Sequence record: SRR20825010_6182
Length of the DNA: 64,000 nt
Strand: one strand, 5' to 3'
Each line of letters starts with the position of its first letter. The first letter of the stretch is position 1. The position numbers and the translations under genes were made by a program. Below, in pieces: positions 62,153 to 64,000 of this stretch. The notes below the pieces were generated by a model. It searched no databases and was not told the origin of the DNA. It saw nothing but the letters and a program-made list of their open reading frames with translations.

Positions 62153-63544
62153 ATGAAAAGAAGAAAATTCATCACAGTTACAAGTACTTCTGCTATTGCA
62201 GTTACTGGAGTTTCACCTTTATTAACGTGGGCTTGTAGTGAACCTAAATCAAGTGCTACTTTGCTGAAAGAACAGGCTTTGTTAGCTTTTAAAAGATTTG
62301 AAGAAGTTTGGGATTTTCAAGATTTTTGGAAGAGGGGAAATACCTTCGACGCCTGTTTGGTTTTTGTAGAAGCCCTGCAACAACGTTGGCCGAAGGATAA
62401 GGAAGTTGAAGCAATACAAGAAAAAGTGGGGGAAATGTTGAAGGAAAACCTAACTTTTTTTAAAAGCTACGACCCTGGAACACTTTGGGCAGATGATTTT
62501 GGTTGGTGGGGTCTACTGGCACTCAATGCGCGCAAGCACCTTCTGCGAATAGGGGACATGGAACTAGCCGATAAATACCTAAAATTGTCAACCGATCTAT
62601 GTTGGGAATACAAAAGGAAAACTGCCTATGACCATACGGATGCTGCCAGACCTGTTTTACATGGTTGTAGAAATGGAGATGCAAATGGGGATAGTTTGGG
62701 CGTTAAGAACACTGTTACCAATGTTTTGTTGTTCTTGCTTTCCTCACGAATTTATCGCCTGTCATTGACCGAAAATATAAATGACAACGACAAATATTTA
62801 GATATGGCCTACCGCCAGTGGGTATGGTTCAATGAGTGGTTCAAATTAACTGAATACCGATATTTAAAAGAACTATCTACTTCGGGCGCTTTAGTTCAAG
62901 AACGACCCATGGCATTTTTTGAAGGGTCTACGTATCAAGAAAAAACACACCCCACTTGGGCCGAGGGTTGGGTGTGGACAGGCGACCAAGGAATGTTGGT
63001 TGCCGCTTTGACCGATATGTTAGCGATTAAAAATGAGTTGTCTACCTATCTTACAACAAATAATATAGATTCCAATTTTGACTTAAAAGCCTATGAATCT
63101 AGATTAAAGGATATCATAAAGTCAATAGGCAAAGGTGTTAAAAATGCCATGGTCGCTAATGTGGACGGCATTATCCGTGAGGCACCATGCCTTCCTAGCT
63201 TTGGACCCGAACATGGAAGGGATTACCTCGCCGGCCGTGGTATTATGATGCGATATTTAGGCAGCGATGAAGCAAGAGCTCTAATAAATGTTGACCTGAC
63301 TGGAAATATTGAAAAAACTTTAGCTGCCATTTGGAGTACACGTGATTTAGCAACCAATCAGTTTCAACCCGAATTTACGAGCCTACAAAATGATAAGCTT
63401 TATGTGGAGCAGTTCCGAAAACTTTGGGGCTTTGCCGATGATGTGTATCAATGGGATATAGAATCGATGAAAGAGAAAAATAAAAATGGAGTGTGCCAGT
63501 CCATAGGGCTCGACCTCATTGGTGCTGCTATTAAAGGAATGTGA
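62153..63544 (+). CDS. GH76-like glycoside hydrolase, putative Tat-exported lipoprotein
   Basis: KRRKFI twin-Arg plus TWAC; ADDFGWW (GH76 DD dyad), KNTVTN, WTGDQG. Confidence 0.72.
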   Translation: MKRRKFITVTSTSAIAVTGVSPLLTWACSEPKSSATLLKEQALLAFKRFEEVWDFQDFWKRGNTFDACLVFVEALQQRWPKDKEVEAIQEKVGEMLKENLTFFKSYDPGTLWADDFGWWGLLALNARKHLLRIGDMELADKYLKLSTDLCWEYKRKTAYDHTDAARPVLHGCRNGDANGDSLGVKNTVTNVLLFLLSSRIYRLSLTENINDNDKYLDMAYRQWVWFNEWFKLTEYRYLKELSTSGALVQERPMAFFEGSTYQEKTHPTWAEGWVWTGDQGMLVAALTDMLAIKNELSTYLTTNNIDSNFDLKAYESRLKDIIKSIGKGVKNAMVANVDGIIREAPCLPSFGPEHGRDYLAGRGIMMRYLGSDEARALINVDLTGNIEKTLAAIWSTRDLATNQFQPEFTSLQNDKLYVEQFRKLWGFADDVYQWDIESMKEKNKNGVCQSIGLDLIGAAIKGM

Positions 63545-63565
63545 AATTAAAGGAAATAGGTAAGA

Positions 63566-64000
63566 ATGAAAATTAATTATAACCTCTTTTTGGCAGCGAT
63601 GGTTTTATCGCTAATAGTCTCCTCAGCCACAGTATATGCACAAAAAAAAGAAACGAATTTCGAAGGACGTTGGGATATGACAATCGATCACAATGGCAAT
63701 TATGCTTCATCATGGTTGGAGATAAAGCCTTGGGGGTATACAAAAGTGGGGACATTTTTACATACAGGAGGATATCCTAGACCACTTTCAGAAATAAATA
63801 TAAAGGACGATTACTTTTATTTCTCGGTCCCATGGGAATCAGAGAAAAGAAAACTTAAATTGGAAGGTAGGATCAATGGCGATAGTTTACAAGGTGAAAT
63901 TCACTACCCCGATGGTAAAAAGTACCATTGGTCCGCGGTTAGGGCCCCAGAGCTTCCATATGTTAAAAACCCCGCTTGGGGTACGCCTATAGTACTATTC
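63566..64000 (+). CDS. Secreted protein, probably DUF1080 (3-keto-glycoside processing) family; runs off window end
   Basis: Hand translation MKINYNLFLAAMVL...EGRWDMTI...SWLEI...WSAVRAPEL..WGTPIVLF matches my recollection of the N-terminal part of Bacteroidota DUF1080 proteins. The domain itself is outside the window. Confidence 0.6.
   Translation, partial: MKINYNLFLAAMVLSLIVSSATVYAQKKETNFEGRWDMTIDHNGNYASSWLEIKPWGYTKVGTFLHTGGYPRPLSEINIKDDYFYFSVPWESEKRKLKLEGRINGDSLQGEIHYPDGKKYHWSAVRAPELPYVKNPAWGTPIVLF

Overview
This AT-rich window looks like a Bacteroidota (probably Flavobacteriaceae) chromosomal segment. It holds two back-to-back polysaccharide utilisation loci (PULs) that diverge from 36.5-37.3 kb. 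The leftward locus is mostly on the minus strand. It encodes an extended mannose-6-phosphate isomerase, five GH92 enzymes, an unclassified (alpha/alpha)6 hydrolase, GntR, an ROK kinase, a sugar porter, SusC/SusD, a VCBS/ASPIC-UnbV lipoprotein, a DUF4185/DUF5005-like propeller (plus strand) and a DUF1553-cytochrome c/DUF1501 pair. It carries four copies of a tripartite ATGT-N4-ATGT-N4-ACAT box. The rightward locus encodes LacI, three divergent GH38-like enzymes, SusC/SusD, a GH76-like Tat lipoprotein and a partial DUF1080-like protein. It also has an unusual cytoplasmic cassette: two cupins, an RraA/HMG aldolase, a sugar porter, a glucose-dehydrogenase-like SDR, a signal-less solute-binding-fold protein, an enoyl-CoA hydratase, a lactonase, a CaiB CoA-transferase and UxuA. 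Five CTAAACCGMTTTAG boxes tie this locus together. The best candidate for an undescribed system is this kinase-free oxidative and CoA-dependent sugar-acid pathway coupled to a non-canonical GH38 clade. I saw no RNA genes, mobile elements or CRISPR arrays. Family calls come from motif recognition by eye, not database searches.
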